From the NCBI GenBank assembly GCA_963841435.1, contig CAWJCS010000004.1:512001-576000 (forward strand): a DNA stretch of 64,000 nucleotides, written 5' to 3'. Source of the stretch: an uncultured delta proteobacterium. Its GTDB lineage: Bacteria; Myxococcota_A; Polyangia; Polyangiales; Polyangiaceae. Within the stretch, counting starts at the first letter, position 1. Each line of letters starts with the position of its first letter. Shown here one piece after another: positions 38,687-48,421 of the stretch. Made by a program: the position numbers and the translations under genes. The notes below the pieces were generated by a model. It had not been told where the DNA came from. It did no database searches and worked only from the letters and a program-made list of their open reading frames with translations.

Positions 38687-40231
38687 GTGGGCGATCCCGC
38701 GCACAGTCGGCAAACAGAGCACGGCACTACCCGTCGGGACGGCTACGCGCGAAGGCGACCGGAAGACGGCGTGCTCTACCAGACGGTGGCCGAGCGCTGG
38801 CCGGCGTTTCGCGAGCGGATGGAGGAGTCGGGCGGGCTGCCGAAGTTCGTGGTGAGGGAGTTCGAGGAGTTCTTGAAGTGCGGCATCATCGAGGAGGGTT
38901 GTCTCCACCTCGTGTGCCGTAGCTGCGGCTACTCCGAGGTCGTGGCGCTCTCCTGCAAGAAGCGAGGGTTCTGCCCCAGTTGCCTGGGGCGGCGGATGGC
39001 GGATACGGCGGTCCACTTGGAAGAGCGTGTGCTGCCGTGCGTGCGCATTCGGCATTGGATTTGTTCCTTGCCCTGGGGCCTCAGAGCCTTGCTCGGCTAC
39101 GACCGCGAGCTCTGCGCGAAGGTCGTGAGCGCGTTCGTCGGTGAGCTCAGCCGCTCGCTCAAGAAGAGAGCGAAAGGAGAGTTCGGCCTTGCGAGCGTCG
39201 AGGATGCGCACACCGGCGCCGTCTGCACCGTGCAGAGGACGGACGGGGCTTTGCGACTAAACGTCCATCTTCATGTTCTCGCCCTCGACGGCGTGTACGT
39301 CCGCGATACGGAGAGCGGCGCGCTCGTGTTCGAGGAGCTCGGCACGCCCAGCCACGTGGAGGTACTAGACGTCGCACGCCGCACCGCCGAGCGCATCGAC
39401 AGGCTGCTCGGAAAGAGCGGCCGGAGCCTCGAGCGGGAAGGGGACGAGCCCGTGCCCGAGCTCCTCTCCGACGAGCCGAGCCTGGCCTCGTGCTATGCGG
39501 CCGCTGCCCAGGGCATCAGCGTGAGCGGCGAGCGAGCGGGAAAGCCCCAGCTCAGGCTCGTCCTCGGCACTGGCGCCACTGCCGAAGGAGCCGAGCTCAA
39601 CCCGGACGAGCCCGTGGCCGAGCACCTCGGCGTCAACATCCACGCCAAGCAGTCGGTCGACGGGCGTGATCGCCGGCAGCTCGAGCGTTTGTGCCGTTAC
39701 ATCACGCGGCCTCCTGTTGCTCAGGAAAGACTCGAGCGGCTTGCCGACGGCCAGCTCGAGCTCCGACTCAAGCATGCGTGGAAGGACGGCACGCGCGCCG
39801 TCGTGCTCGAGCCCGACGACTTGCTGGTCCGGCTCGTCGCCGCGGTGCCCCCGCCACGCTGGCATTTACTTCGCTACTTCGGCGTCCTCTCGAGCCACTC
39901 ACGGCTCCGCCGAGAAGTTGTTCCGCACCCGCCCGCTGATCCGAGTGCTACCGCGCCTCCGCCTGCTCCGGGCGATCAGCTCGAGCTCGACCTCGACGCT
40001 GACGCTGACGAGCCTGCTCCGAGAAAAAGATGGGCCTGGCTGCTCAGACATGTGTTCAAGGCAGATTTGGATATTTGTCCGCGCTGCGGTGGACCGATGC
40101 GCTGGCTCGAGGCGGCGGCTACCCGAGAGTCTGCTCGTGACCTGCTCGCTCGGCTCGGGCTCGGGCCCAGGCCGCCGCCGGCTCCACCCCGCACGCCGCT
40201 CGCGCAGCTCACGCTGCCGTTCGCGAGGTGA
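38687..40231 (+). CDS. IS91/ISCR-family rolling-circle (HUH) transposase
   Basis: Zn-binding CRSC...SCKKRGFCPSC, HUH motif NVHLHVL, single-Tyr LCRYITRPP, LRYFGVL and C-terminal CPRCGG. Confidence 0.92.
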   Translation: MGDPAHSRQTEHGTTRRDGYARRRPEDGVLYQTVAERWPAFRERMEESGGLPKFVVREFEEFLKCGIIEEGCLHLVCRSCGYSEVVALSCKKRGFCPSCLGRRMADTAVHLEERVLPCVRIRHWICSLPWGLRALLGYDRELCAKVVSAFVGELSRSLKKRAKGEFGLASVEDAHTGAVCTVQRTDGALRLNVHLHVLALDGVYVRDTESGALVFEELGTPSHVEVLDVARRTAERIDRLLGKSGRSLEREGDEPVPELLSDEPSLASCYAAAAQGISVSGERAGKPQLRLVLGTGATAEGAELNPDEPVAEHLGVNIHAKQSVDGRDRRQLERLCRYITRPPVAQERLERLADGQLELRLKHAWKDGTRAVVLEPDDLLVRLVAAVPPPRWHLLRYFGVLSSHSRLRREVVPHPPADPSATAPPPAPGDQLELDLDADADEPAPRKRWAWLLRHVFKADLDICPRCGGPMRWLEAAATRESARDLLARLGLGPRPPPAPPRTPLAQLTLPFAR

Positions 40232-40426
40232 GCCGGCTTGCGCTGGTCGCTGCGCCAGGCGAGCGTCCGCGCGCGTTCTGGGTTCGGGGAGCTCTGGCAC
40301 CTCAGAGCCTCCTTCCGCCTCGTCCACGACAGCACGTCCACCCCATAGGCGTGCGTTCTTACGGCCTCGCCGGCCTCGCCGTGGGCCCCGCCCGGGACCT
40401 TTTGCCAGATCGTTTCGCCTAGGCGC
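38687..40426 (+). mobile_element. Full-length IS91/ISCR-like element; right (putative oriIS) end at 40426, left end undefined
   Basis: The 195 nt after the stop, ending ATCGTTTCGCCTAGGCGC, are shared by four copies. No terminal inverted repeats or target duplication seen. Confidence 0.85.
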
Positions 40427-40983
40427 TCAAGACGGCGAAGACCGACTACACCGAGCACGCCGACAAGCACGACGTCTCCAACATCGTGCGTGGCATCATG
40501 AAGGAGCAGCACCGCGCGATGTTCGCCGCTCTGCGCGCGGGCTCGCTCGACGCGGCGCTCGAACGAGCGATTGGTCCCCTGTCCGAAGTTCCCGCGAAAG
40601 GCCCTGCCAGCCGCCGTCCGGAAAGCGTGCGTCCCGCGCATCCGCGCGAGCAGAATAGCCCCCGCCGCGGCCCACCACAGAACCCCGCCCTGCAGGGCGT
40701 GTCGCCCTCCGTGTCGCCTCCTACCTCTGACGACTTCGACGCAGGCACACTGCGCGATCTCCCGCCCGCGTCGCTGTCGCAGCCAGCGCCGCGCTCGCGC
40801 AAGACCAACCAGCCGCCGCGCCGCAGTCGCCCCCCGTCGCCGCATCGCCCGGCGGCCCAATTCGCCGGGGCGCCGGAAGCCCGTGCCCGCTCCATCTTCG
40901 GTGACGAAGCGATCAGCGAGCAGACCTTGGACGAGGTCATCCTGAGCTATCTCGCCGAGGATCTCGACGACTCGGGCGAGTGA
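40427..40983 (+). pseudogene. 5'-truncated hypothetical gene of a type recalled from myxobacteria
   Basis: Frame is open from the element end: LKTAKTDY...MKEQHRAMF...TLDEVILSYLAEDL. The N-terminus is missing. Confidence 0.6.
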
Positions 40984-41146
40984 GCCGCGTCGCGCTCGCG
41001 GGGCGGCCTGTTGTGGGTGCGAGCTGCTCGATTCTTCCGGGCTCGTCGCGACGCGCAGTTCACCGCGCGCCGTTGACGCCCGGTGCGCACTGGGTTTATG
41101 CTCCTAGACGCGTGGGCGGCTGATCCGCGGCGCGCTGGAGGGTTCA

Positions 41147-43879
41147 TTGATGATGGGGCGAAAACCCGGGTGGTTGTTGTTTGGGGCGATCGCGTGTCTC
41201 ACCACGCTTGGTTGCGGGAACGTAAACGACGATGTGGGGGGGGGTGAGACAACATCCCACACGCGTGAAGCGCTAACTCAGAACTTCACTCTGCCGGTCC
41301 CGGTCGGCTTCACCCCGCAGGACATCGTTGTCGGTGCGATCGGTGTCGTGAACCTCAACGACAACGCCAAAATTCTCACGCACGCTCCGGGGCAGCTTTC
41401 CCAATACGGCAACGTGGCGGCGTTCGGCTCGCCAAGCACCACGAGCAACATAGGCGCCCTGAGGGCGGGCGTGGTCTGGTCACGTCCCAGCTTGCTTCTG
41501 CGCCAGCATAATCAAGGCGGCGCGAACATCGAATTTTACAAGACCGAGGGCACCGCGACCGAACAGTTAGGATTTGTCATCGCTCGGCCGGAGGAGAACA
41601 GAACTCAGGTCCAAATCCGACGAGATCCGATTTGGACCGTTCCGATGTCCGCGCCTGACGGAGGAATGGACCATAACGTGAACAGCGGCGAAACCGTTTC
41701 GCTCGGGTCCGGCAACTACGGTCGCTGGACGGTCAACTCCGGCGGAACGCTGATCCTCACGGGCTCGACCTATGGCTTTGTGGAGCTCAACCTCAACTCC
41801 GGCGGGACCGTGCAGCTTACTTCTTCGATACCACCGTGGATCTTCGTGCGGGATTCGCTGATCGTGCGCGCCACATTGAACAAGCCGGGCATGGTTGTTG
41901 GCTATCTCGGCACGAGCACGGTACCGGTCGAGTACCCCTTCTACGGCGACTTGCTTCTTGCTCCGAACGCGGACATCGAAGTCAAGTCCGGTAGCCAAGC
42001 GCACTTCTTCGGCAAAGACGTGACGGTCTTCGAAGCGGTTGTCGTCGATGGACCTCCCTTGTCGGAACGAACGCAGGGACTCGTGCGACCCCTCAGCAGC
42101 ATCGGGCTCCCCGCCGGTCTGATCGACGATGCCGTGGCGGCGGAGATCTCGTCGGCGGTACTCACGTCCCAGCTCGGCTGCGGAACAGCACACGCGTTCG
42201 TCAGCCACTACGGCAACGCCTTGATGGACAAGCTCGTTTCCGACATCGGCACCACCAATCCAGCCTCCTTCGCGACATTTCCCACGCCGGCTGCGCCGGG
42301 CTCCTGCACGTCGCTCGGCTGGTTGCCCGGTGAAACGCCGGCGTGGCCCGCGCTGGCGGGCGGTACGCCTTCGTACGACGACACGCTGACCGTGGCTGAT
42401 AACGCACTGGTGCGCATGAGCGGGGGCCGCCTGGCGCAGGCCGGGCTTGCCGGTCGAACCTGCGTCGATCCGAGCAATAACATCGCGCAAGGGCCAAACT
42501 GCCCGGGGTCGCAGCCCACGGCGGGCGATCCCTGCAATCCCAGCGGGCTCGACAACAAGGCCTGCATCTACGGCACGACCCAGTGCCAGTGCTTGCCGAC
42601 GGCGTGCAAAGGGCTCGAGGGGGCGAGCTGCTTCCAGCCGTTCGAGGCAAAGGACTGCTGCAGCGAGTCCTGTTCCGTTCAGTCGGGGAGCAACGTGGGG
42701 ACGTGTACGGCGCCGGATCCCATGCAGGTTCTGAACCCGACGTGGAGCTGCGGGCCGCTCGAGCGCGTGGAAACTGCCACGATGAGCGTTCGGATCGGGA
42801 CCAGCTGCGGCAGCCAGTGGACGAGCAAGAGCTTCGACCCGGTCGTGCTCGGCATGACGTTGAGCGACGGCATCCCGGTCCGCGACTTCGATCGGCAAGA
42901 GATGTACTGGGACAACTTCGACGATCGGCTCTACCTCAACGTCAACTCGTACGCCGGCTTTGGCGGTGGAGGTAGCCTCGTCAGCCAGAACTTCATCTAT
43001 TCGGCGTCAGCGGCGGGCATCAACAACGCCGTGAACCTCGCCTTTCAGCCCGTGTTGCCACAGAAGGTTGCCGGTGACGACGACGCCTCGGGCCCGCGCG
43101 TGATGACCACGGTCCTCGACGAAAAGGCGCGGCTCACCTCCAATCCCGTCACGTTCGGGCGCTACGTGCACCTCGTCACCGCGCGCTGCTTCGGCACGCG
43201 CCCGCAGGTGCAGATCTACACGCCGTTCGGGAGGAGGACGTGGGATCTGAATGAAGGGGATCCGGATGTAGCGGCACAATGCCGTAGCGCTGTCGTCCCG
43301 TACCCGCTTCTCACGCGGGGTCCAGGCATCGCCGCCGTGTCTTCCGTCCCGCCGCGCGTGCGCATCGCGTACACCGGCGTGGATGCGGAGGGCTCGATGG
43401 TCATCAACGTATACTCGGCGACGATCCTGAGCGGGAACGATTACGCCGACCGCCCGTTGATCGTACGCGAACACACGGTGCACGCGCCGTCGTCCGGTCG
43501 AGACACCGTCTGGCCGAACCTCATTGGCGTGGACGGCCTGGCCGGTTCCGATCGCCAGCTCGACTCCCCGATGGTGCTCCGCTGGCTAGAATTTGGCCCG
43601 AACGATATGGTCAGCGAGAAGTTCCAGGTGCTCTATTCGGGCCTTGCCGGTCCCGAGGCAACGCTCCAGAGCTGGACGCTCAGCGACCTGCCCGCGATGG
43701 GAAGCGACTACCGTTACGGGTCGTTCTTCGAGAAGTCGGGAGGCGAGCTCCGCTTCTTCACGCCTTGGACGGGCGTGAGCCGAACTTCCATGGGGCAATT
43801 GATCTGTCGCGACGGGAACAACACACCGATTCCCTGTGCGAGTGGAGGCTTCGTCGATGTCACGCCTAAGCTCTTATGA
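41147..43879 (+). CDS. Large secreted lipoprotein (beta-solenoid N-domain, Cys-rich middle, beta-rich C-domain)
   Basis: RBS GGAGG, lipobox TLGC and a 910-aa ORF. The N-domain resembles part of the 20833..25751 protein. Confidence 0.8.
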   Translation: MMMGRKPGWLLFGAIACLTTLGCGNVNDDVGGGETTSHTREALTQNFTLPVPVGFTPQDIVVGAIGVVNLNDNAKILTHAPGQLSQYGNVAAFGSPSTTSNIGALRAGVVWSRPSLLLRQHNQGGANIEFYKTEGTATEQLGFVIARPEENRTQVQIRRDPIWTVPMSAPDGGMDHNVNSGETVSLGSGNYGRWTVNSGGTLILTGSTYGFVELNLNSGGTVQLTSSIPPWIFVRDSLIVRATLNKPGMVVGYLGTSTVPVEYPFYGDLLLAPNADIEVKSGSQAHFFGKDVTVFEAVVVDGPPLSERTQGLVRPLSSIGLPAGLIDDAVAAEISSAVLTSQLGCGTAHAFVSHYGNALMDKLVSDIGTTNPASFATFPTPAAPGSCTSLGWLPGETPAWPALAGGTPSYDDTLTVADNALVRMSGGRLAQAGLAGRTCVDPSNNIAQGPNCPGSQPTAGDPCNPSGLDNKACIYGTTQCQCLPTACKGLEGASCFQPFEAKDCCSESCSVQSGSNVGTCTAPDPMQVLNPTWSCGPLERVETATMSVRIGTSCGSQWTSKSFDPVVLGMTLSDGIPVRDFDRQEMYWDNFDDRLYLNVNSYAGFGGGGSLVSQNFIYSASAAGINNAVNLAFQPVLPQKVAGDDDASGPRVMTTVLDEKARLTSNPVTFGRYVHLVTARCFGTRPQVQIYTPFGRRTWDLNEGDPDVAAQCRSAVVPYPLLTRGPGIAAVSSVPPRVRIAYTGVDAEGSMVINVYSATILSGNDYADRPLIVREHTVHAPSSGRDTVWPNLIGVDGLAGSDRQLDSPMVLRWLEFGPNDMVSEKFQVLYSGLAGPEATLQSWTLSDLPAMGSDYRYGSFFEKSGGELRFFTPWTGVSRTSMGQLICRDGNNTPIPCASGGFVDVTPKLL

Positions 43880-44561
43880 TCTCTGGATCCTCACGGCGCT
43901 CGTCGCGGTCGGCGCTTGCGGGCGCTCGACGCGCGAGCCACCGAGCGACGGAGGGCGGTCGGGAGTTGGCGGTGGCGGAACGAGCGGGGGTACGATCGGT
44001 GGAGTTGGTGCAGTAGGCGCTGCCGGCGTTTCTGCAGGAGGCTCTCAGGGAGGCACGGGGACAGGCGGTACGGGGACAGGCGGCGCGGCCGCGCGCGGAG
44101 GAGCGAGCGCCGGCACATCGGCGAGCGGAGGCGTGAGCCCGACTGGCGGCTCAGGAGCGGTGAGCGCCGGTGGTCAGGGCGAGGACAGTGGCGAAGGGGG
44201 CGCGCCGGCGGGCTCCGCGGGCCGCGGCGGCGACTCGGGCCGTGGCGGACAGAGCGCGGGGCGCGGGGGAACGGCTGGCACGAGCGGGGGGACCGGAGGC
44301 GACGCCTCGGGAGCGGCGGGAGCCACGAGCTGGCGAGACTTGCGGTGCGTGATAGCCGAGTCACAAGGATCCTGCCTCAAACAGGCGCCCAATACCGTGG
44401 TCGTCAACTGCAACGGAGCTGATGTCGTGGAGGCGATGGAAGCCGGCTGCAGTGGCTGCACCTATGGGCAGGCCTACTGCGAATATGGTGGCGGTCCCAT
44501 CCCACCCGACTGCGGAGGCCTGGGCCAAGCGTGCTGTCGGAGCTGCTGCTGTCCGCCGTGA
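43857..44561 (+). CDS. Gly-linker, Cys-rich lipoprotein (copy 1)
   Basis: Lipobox VGAC; overlaps the end of the upstream gene; ends CCRSCCCPP. Confidence 0.75.
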   Translation: MSRLSSYDLWILTALVAVGACGRSTREPPSDGGRSGVGGGGTSGGTIGGVGAVGAAGVSAGGSQGGTGTGGTGTGGAAARGGASAGTSASGGVSPTGGSGAVSAGGQGEDSGEGGAPAGSAGRGGDSGRGGQSAGRGGTAGTSGGTGGDASGAAGATSWRDLRCVIAESQGSCLKQAPNTVVVNCNGADVVEAMEAGCSGCTYGQAYCEYGGGPIPPDCGGLGQACCRSCCCPP

Positions 44562-45367
44562 GCGAGCGGGCATCGCGCGCTTTTTTCGCCCGCGTGAGCA
44601 CGACAAGTGGCGCGCTCCGCACCCGCTCCCGCGCCTTGCACCTCGGCCTGGCAGAGGCAGGGACGCAGCGACCCGTCTCGCTCGGACGGGCAGAGTGAGT
44701 CAGATGACAGGAGCATTGCACCCTGCCAGGTGCTGAGTGGAGGCTTCGTCGATGTCACGCCTAAGCTCTTATGATCTCTGGATCCTCACAGCGCTCGTCG
44801 CGGTCGGCGCTTGCGGGCGCTCGACGCGCGAGCCACCGAGCGACGGAGGGCGGTCGGGAGTTGGCGGTGGCGGAACGAGCGGGGGTACGATCGGTGGAGT
44901 TGGTGCAGTAGGCGCTGCCGGCGTTTCTGCAGGAGGCTCGCAGGGAGGCACGGGGACAGGCGGTACGGCGACAGGCGGCGCGGCCGCGCGCGGAGGAGCG
45001 AGCGCCGGCACATCGGCGAGCGGAGGCGTGAGCCCGACTGGCGGCTCAGGAGCGGTGAGCGCCGGTGGTCAGGGCGAGGACAGTGGCGAAGGGGGCGCGC
45101 CGGCGGGCTCCCCGGGCCGCGGCGGCGACTCGGGCCGTGGCGGACAGAGCGCGGGGCGCGGGGGAACGGCTGGCACGAGCGGGGGGACCGGAGGCGACGC
45201 CGCTGGAGCGGCGGGAGCCACGAGCTGGCGGGACTTGCGGTGCGTTGCGGCCGAACTGCAGAGATCATGCCTTAAGCAGGAACCCAATACCGTGGTCGTC
45301 AACTGCAACGTAACCGCTGCACGGACCCCATCTGTCGAGCACGCGCTGGTGCTGGCAGAAGTCGTGC

Positions 45368-45664
45368 ATGCGGAAGCGGTACACGGCTGAGCAGCGGGAG
45401 CGGTTGGTCGCTGAGGTAGCGGCGGGCGAGGCGGTGCCGGTGGTGGCGGCGCGGATGGGTGTGGGGGCCTCGGCGGCATACCTGTGGGTCAAGGAGGCAC
45501 GAGAGGGGAGCAAGCCGACGTTCGCGAAGCTGGTGCGGGCGTTAACGCCGGCGGCGTCATCGTCGATGGTGCTCGAAGTGGGACGAGCTCGAGTGCGCGT
45601 CGAAGCTGGCTTCGACGCCGAGCTGCTCAGGCGGGTCGTGTCGGCGCTGAGCGACGCATCGTGA
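45368..45664 (+). CDS. tnpA: IS66 TnpA (HTH accessory protein)
   Basis: RYTAEQR...VAARMGV..AYLW HTH; RVEAGFDAELLRRV. Confidence 0.85.
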   Translation: MRKRYTAEQRERLVAEVAAGEAVPVVAARMGVGASAAYLWVKEAREGSKPTFAKLVRALTPAASSSMVLEVGRARVRVEAGFDAELLRRVVSALSDAS

Positions 45665-46002
45665 TCGGGCAGGGGCTTCCGGTGTACGTGGCGCTCGAGC
45701 CGGTGGACATGCGGTTCGGATACGAGCGGCTCGGCGGGGTCGTGCGTGAGCGGATGCAGGCGGAGCCGAGGTCGAAGGCGCTGTTCGTTTTCGTCGGCAA
45801 ACGCGGGCACACGATGAAAGTGCTGACCTGGGACGGCTCGGGCACGATCGTGGTTCACAAGCGGCTCGACGCGGGGAAGTTCGAGCTGCCGAAGGCGACG
45901 CGAGTCGGCGATCAGCACGTGATCGTGAGCGACGCGATCTTCGAGGTGATCTACAAGGGCGTCGCAACGGCACCGAGGAAAGTTCGCCGGCGCGTGCACT
46001 GA
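45661..46002 (+). CDS. tnpB: IS66 TnpB accessory protein
   Basis: PVDMRFGYERL, LFVF, KVLTWDGSG and KRLDAGKF. GTG start overlaps the tnpA stop. Confidence 0.9.
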   Translation: MIGQGLPVYVALEPVDMRFGYERLGGVVRERMQAEPRSKALFVFVGKRGHTMKVLTWDGSGTIVVHKRLDAGKFELPKATRVGDQHVIVSDAIFEVIYKGVATAPRKVRRRVH

Positions 46003-46070
46003 GTCGGAGCTCGCAATTTTCTTACGCGCCCGCTTGAGAAATTCGATCGCGCTCATGTATAGAGGAGAGC

Positions 46071-47750
46071 GTGTCGAGCACGCGATCGGACGAAGCGAAA
46101 CCGCAGCTATCGCCGGACGAGCTCACCATGCTGCTCTCGACGCTCCAGGCCGAGGTCGTGGGGCTCAAGACGCGTTTCTCCGAGGCCGTGACGCGCAACG
46201 AGGCGCTCGAGGAAACGATCGTCAACCTGACGCACGAAAACGAGCTACTCAAGCGCCGCATCTACGGCAACAAAACGGAGCGGACCGGGACGAGCGAGCT
46301 TCAGCTGACGCTCGGCAACCTGCTCGACTCGGAAAAACAGCTTCAGAAGGAGCTCGACGCCGCCGTGGCCAAGGCGCGTGGCGATGACGACGTTCCTGCC
46401 GCCCCGCCCGCGGGCGCCTCGCGACCGAAGCCCAAGGGCCGGCGAGATTTGTTGGCGAGCGACCTGCCGCGCGTCCTGTTCGAGATCCGCGACGAGGAGC
46501 TCGAGAAGACGGGCAAGCTCATCGGCTGGGACTACGCGCCGCAGCTGATGTACCGCCGAGGCGGCTGGTCGGTCCTGGTCAAGCGCACGGCCAAGTACGA
46601 GATCCCCGGCAAGGACGGCCCGACGGTGCTCGGCGTCGAGACGCCGAAGACGTTGTTCCGGCGCGGTCTCCTGCATTCGTCGGTCGTGGCACACGTCTTG
46701 GCGCAGAAGTTCTCGCTCGGCGTGCCGCACTACCGACTCGAGCAGCACCTCGCCGGCCAGGGTGTCGACCTCGACCGCGGTCTCATGTGCCGCTACGTGG
46801 AAGAAGCGGGTAGCACGTGCGGAGCCACCATCGTCCACGCCATGTGGCAGGACGCGCTCGAGAGCGGCTCGGTGATCTCGACCGATGCAACGTCGGCGCT
46901 GATCCAGCCTGAAAAGAGCCAAAATGGCCAGCGGCAGGCCTGCAAGAAGGGCCACTTCTTCACCGCCGTCGTGGACACCGACCACGTGCTGTTCGCGTAC
47001 GCCGAGAAGCACACGCAAGACTTCGTGAAGAAGCTCTTCGGCGGCTTCACGGGATTTCTCCAGTCCGACGCCAGCAACGTCTACGACATCCTGGACCGGG
47101 GACCCCCCAGCGAAGATGACGAGACCGTCACCCTCGTCGGATGTTGGGCTCACTGCAGGCGCTATTTCTTCGAGGCCGCGATCTGCAAACACCAGATCGG
47201 CATCCAAGGCCTCTTGCGCATTCGCGCCATCTACGCTGCTGACGACGCGTTCCGGAAGCTGCCGCCCGCCAAACGCAAGGCGCTGCGCGATACGCACCTG
47301 CGCCCCCTCATGCTGAGCTTCTTCGAGTGGGTGAAGGCCACGCGCCTCACCACGCCCGGCCGCAGTCTCGCAACCAAAGCGCTCGGCTACGCGTTCAACC
47401 AGGAGAACGAGCTCTTGCGCGTGCTCGACGACGGCCGTCTGCCCCTCGACAACACGCGCTCCGAACGCTCGCTGCGAAAAATCGTCGTGGGTCGCAAAAA
47501 TTGGATGTTCTACGGCAGCGACACCCACGCCGAGAGCGCCGCCGCCATCTTCAGCCTGATCGCCTCCTGCCGGCTTCACCGGCTCGACGCCGAGCAGTAC
47601 CTCGACGAGATCCTCCGCGTCCTGCCCTACTGGCCCCCGACTCGCTACCTCGAGCTCGCTCCGAAGTTCTGGCCCGCCACCCGTGCCAAGCTTCGCGCCG
47701 AGGAACTCGACGCACCGCTGTGCCCGTTCACCATCCCGCCGGCGGCCTGA
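46071..47750 (+). CDS. tnpC: IS66 DDE transposase TnpC
   Basis: YGNKTER, GCWAHCRRYF, LDNTRSERSLR and GRKNWMF. Confidence 0.93.
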   Translation: MSSTRSDEAKPQLSPDELTMLLSTLQAEVVGLKTRFSEAVTRNEALEETIVNLTHENELLKRRIYGNKTERTGTSELQLTLGNLLDSEKQLQKELDAAVAKARGDDDVPAAPPAGASRPKPKGRRDLLASDLPRVLFEIRDEELEKTGKLIGWDYAPQLMYRRGGWSVLVKRTAKYEIPGKDGPTVLGVETPKTLFRRGLLHSSVVAHVLAQKFSLGVPHYRLEQHLAGQGVDLDRGLMCRYVEEAGSTCGATIVHAMWQDALESGSVISTDATSALIQPEKSQNGQRQACKKGHFFTAVVDTDHVLFAYAEKHTQDFVKKLFGGFTGFLQSDASNVYDILDRGPPSEDDETVTLVGCWAHCRRYFFEAAICKHQIGIQGLLRIRAIYAADDAFRKLPPAKRKALRDTHLRPLMLSFFEWVKATRLTTPGRSLATKALGYAFNQENELLRVLDDGRLPLDNTRSERSLRKIVVGRKNWMFYGSDTHAESAAAIFSLIASCRLHRLDAEQYLDEILRVLPYWPPTRYLELAPKFWPATRAKLRAEELDAPLCPFTIPPAA

Positions 47751-47942
47751 GCTCGGCGCGAGCGCGGCATCGCGACCCCCGGCCGAGCTGCCCTTTCAAG
47801 ATGGGGTCGGTGTAGCGGTTACACTGCAACGGAGCTGACGTGGTGGAGGCGATGGAAGCCGGCTGCACTGCCTGCACCTACGGGCAGGCGTACTGCGATT
47901 ATGGCGGCGGCCCCGTCCCACCCGATTGAGGCAGGTGGGTCG

Positions 47943-48413
47943 GGTCTAGAATGGATGCCATTTGGATTCGCTGGCGGTTTGTTCGATGCGCGGTCGGGAA
48001 CGATAAGGTTTGGGGCGCGCGACTATGATCCCGTGATCGGTCGATGGACCGCGAAGGATCCCTTGTTCTTTGCTTCGCGGACGACCAACCACTACGCCTA
48101 CGTGGGGAACGACCCAGTCAATGATCGCGATCCAACGGGTCTGCAGTTTCTGACCGGGTGCTCGCCGGTGAAGCCGGAGCAGGAGCTGAAAGAGAAGAAG
48201 GATGAGGAGGTCGATGAATGTAGCAAGATCCCGCGAGGCGGAAAAGGGAAACTGCTCGGCCCGAACGAGTCCTCTGACTCCGAACCGGACTACGCGGCGC
48301 AAGCCGCCAAGTGCCGGAAGAAGGAGCGGGAGTACAGCAAGGAGCAGAAGGACTACACTGAAGAAGAGTCGAACATTTTTCACAGGATCTTCTGTTGGTT
48401 TTTCGGCTGCTAG
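47943..48413 (+). CDS. Orphan RHS core tip with C-terminal extension (putative toxin domain)
   Basis: PFGFAGGLFD, FGARDYDP..GRWTAKDP and YAYVGNDPVNDRDPTGL, then ~90 aa. No upstream YD repeats. Confidence 0.85.
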   Translation, partial: GLEWMPFGFAGGLFDARSGTIRFGARDYDPVIGRWTAKDPLFFASRTTNHYAYVGNDPVNDRDPTGLQFLTGCSPVKPEQELKEKKDEEVDECSKIPRGGKGKLLGPNESSDSEPDYAAQAAKCRKKEREYSKEQKDYTEEESNIFHRIFCWFFGC

Positions 48414-48421
48414 GTCGCAGT

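Larger units (their letters stand above)
45310..47822 (+). mobile_element. Complete IS66-family insertion sequence
   Basis: 24-bp inverted repeats GTAACCGCTGCACGGACCCCATCT / GTAACCGCTACACCGACCCCATCT. 8-bp target duplication ACTGCAAC at 45302-45309 and 47823-47830. Confidence 0.96.
44752..47929 (+). pseudogene. Duplicated lipoprotein gene (copy 2), interrupted by IS66 and 3'-truncated
   Basis: 44735-45309 repeats 43840-44414. The frame resumes at 47823 (GADVVEAMEAGC...GGPVPPD*). Confidence 0.85.

Noticed and set aside
45661-46002. TnpB as an RNA-guided nuclease
   Set aside because: This is the small IS66 accessory TnpB, unrelated to IS200/IS605 TnpB; no RuvC motifs.
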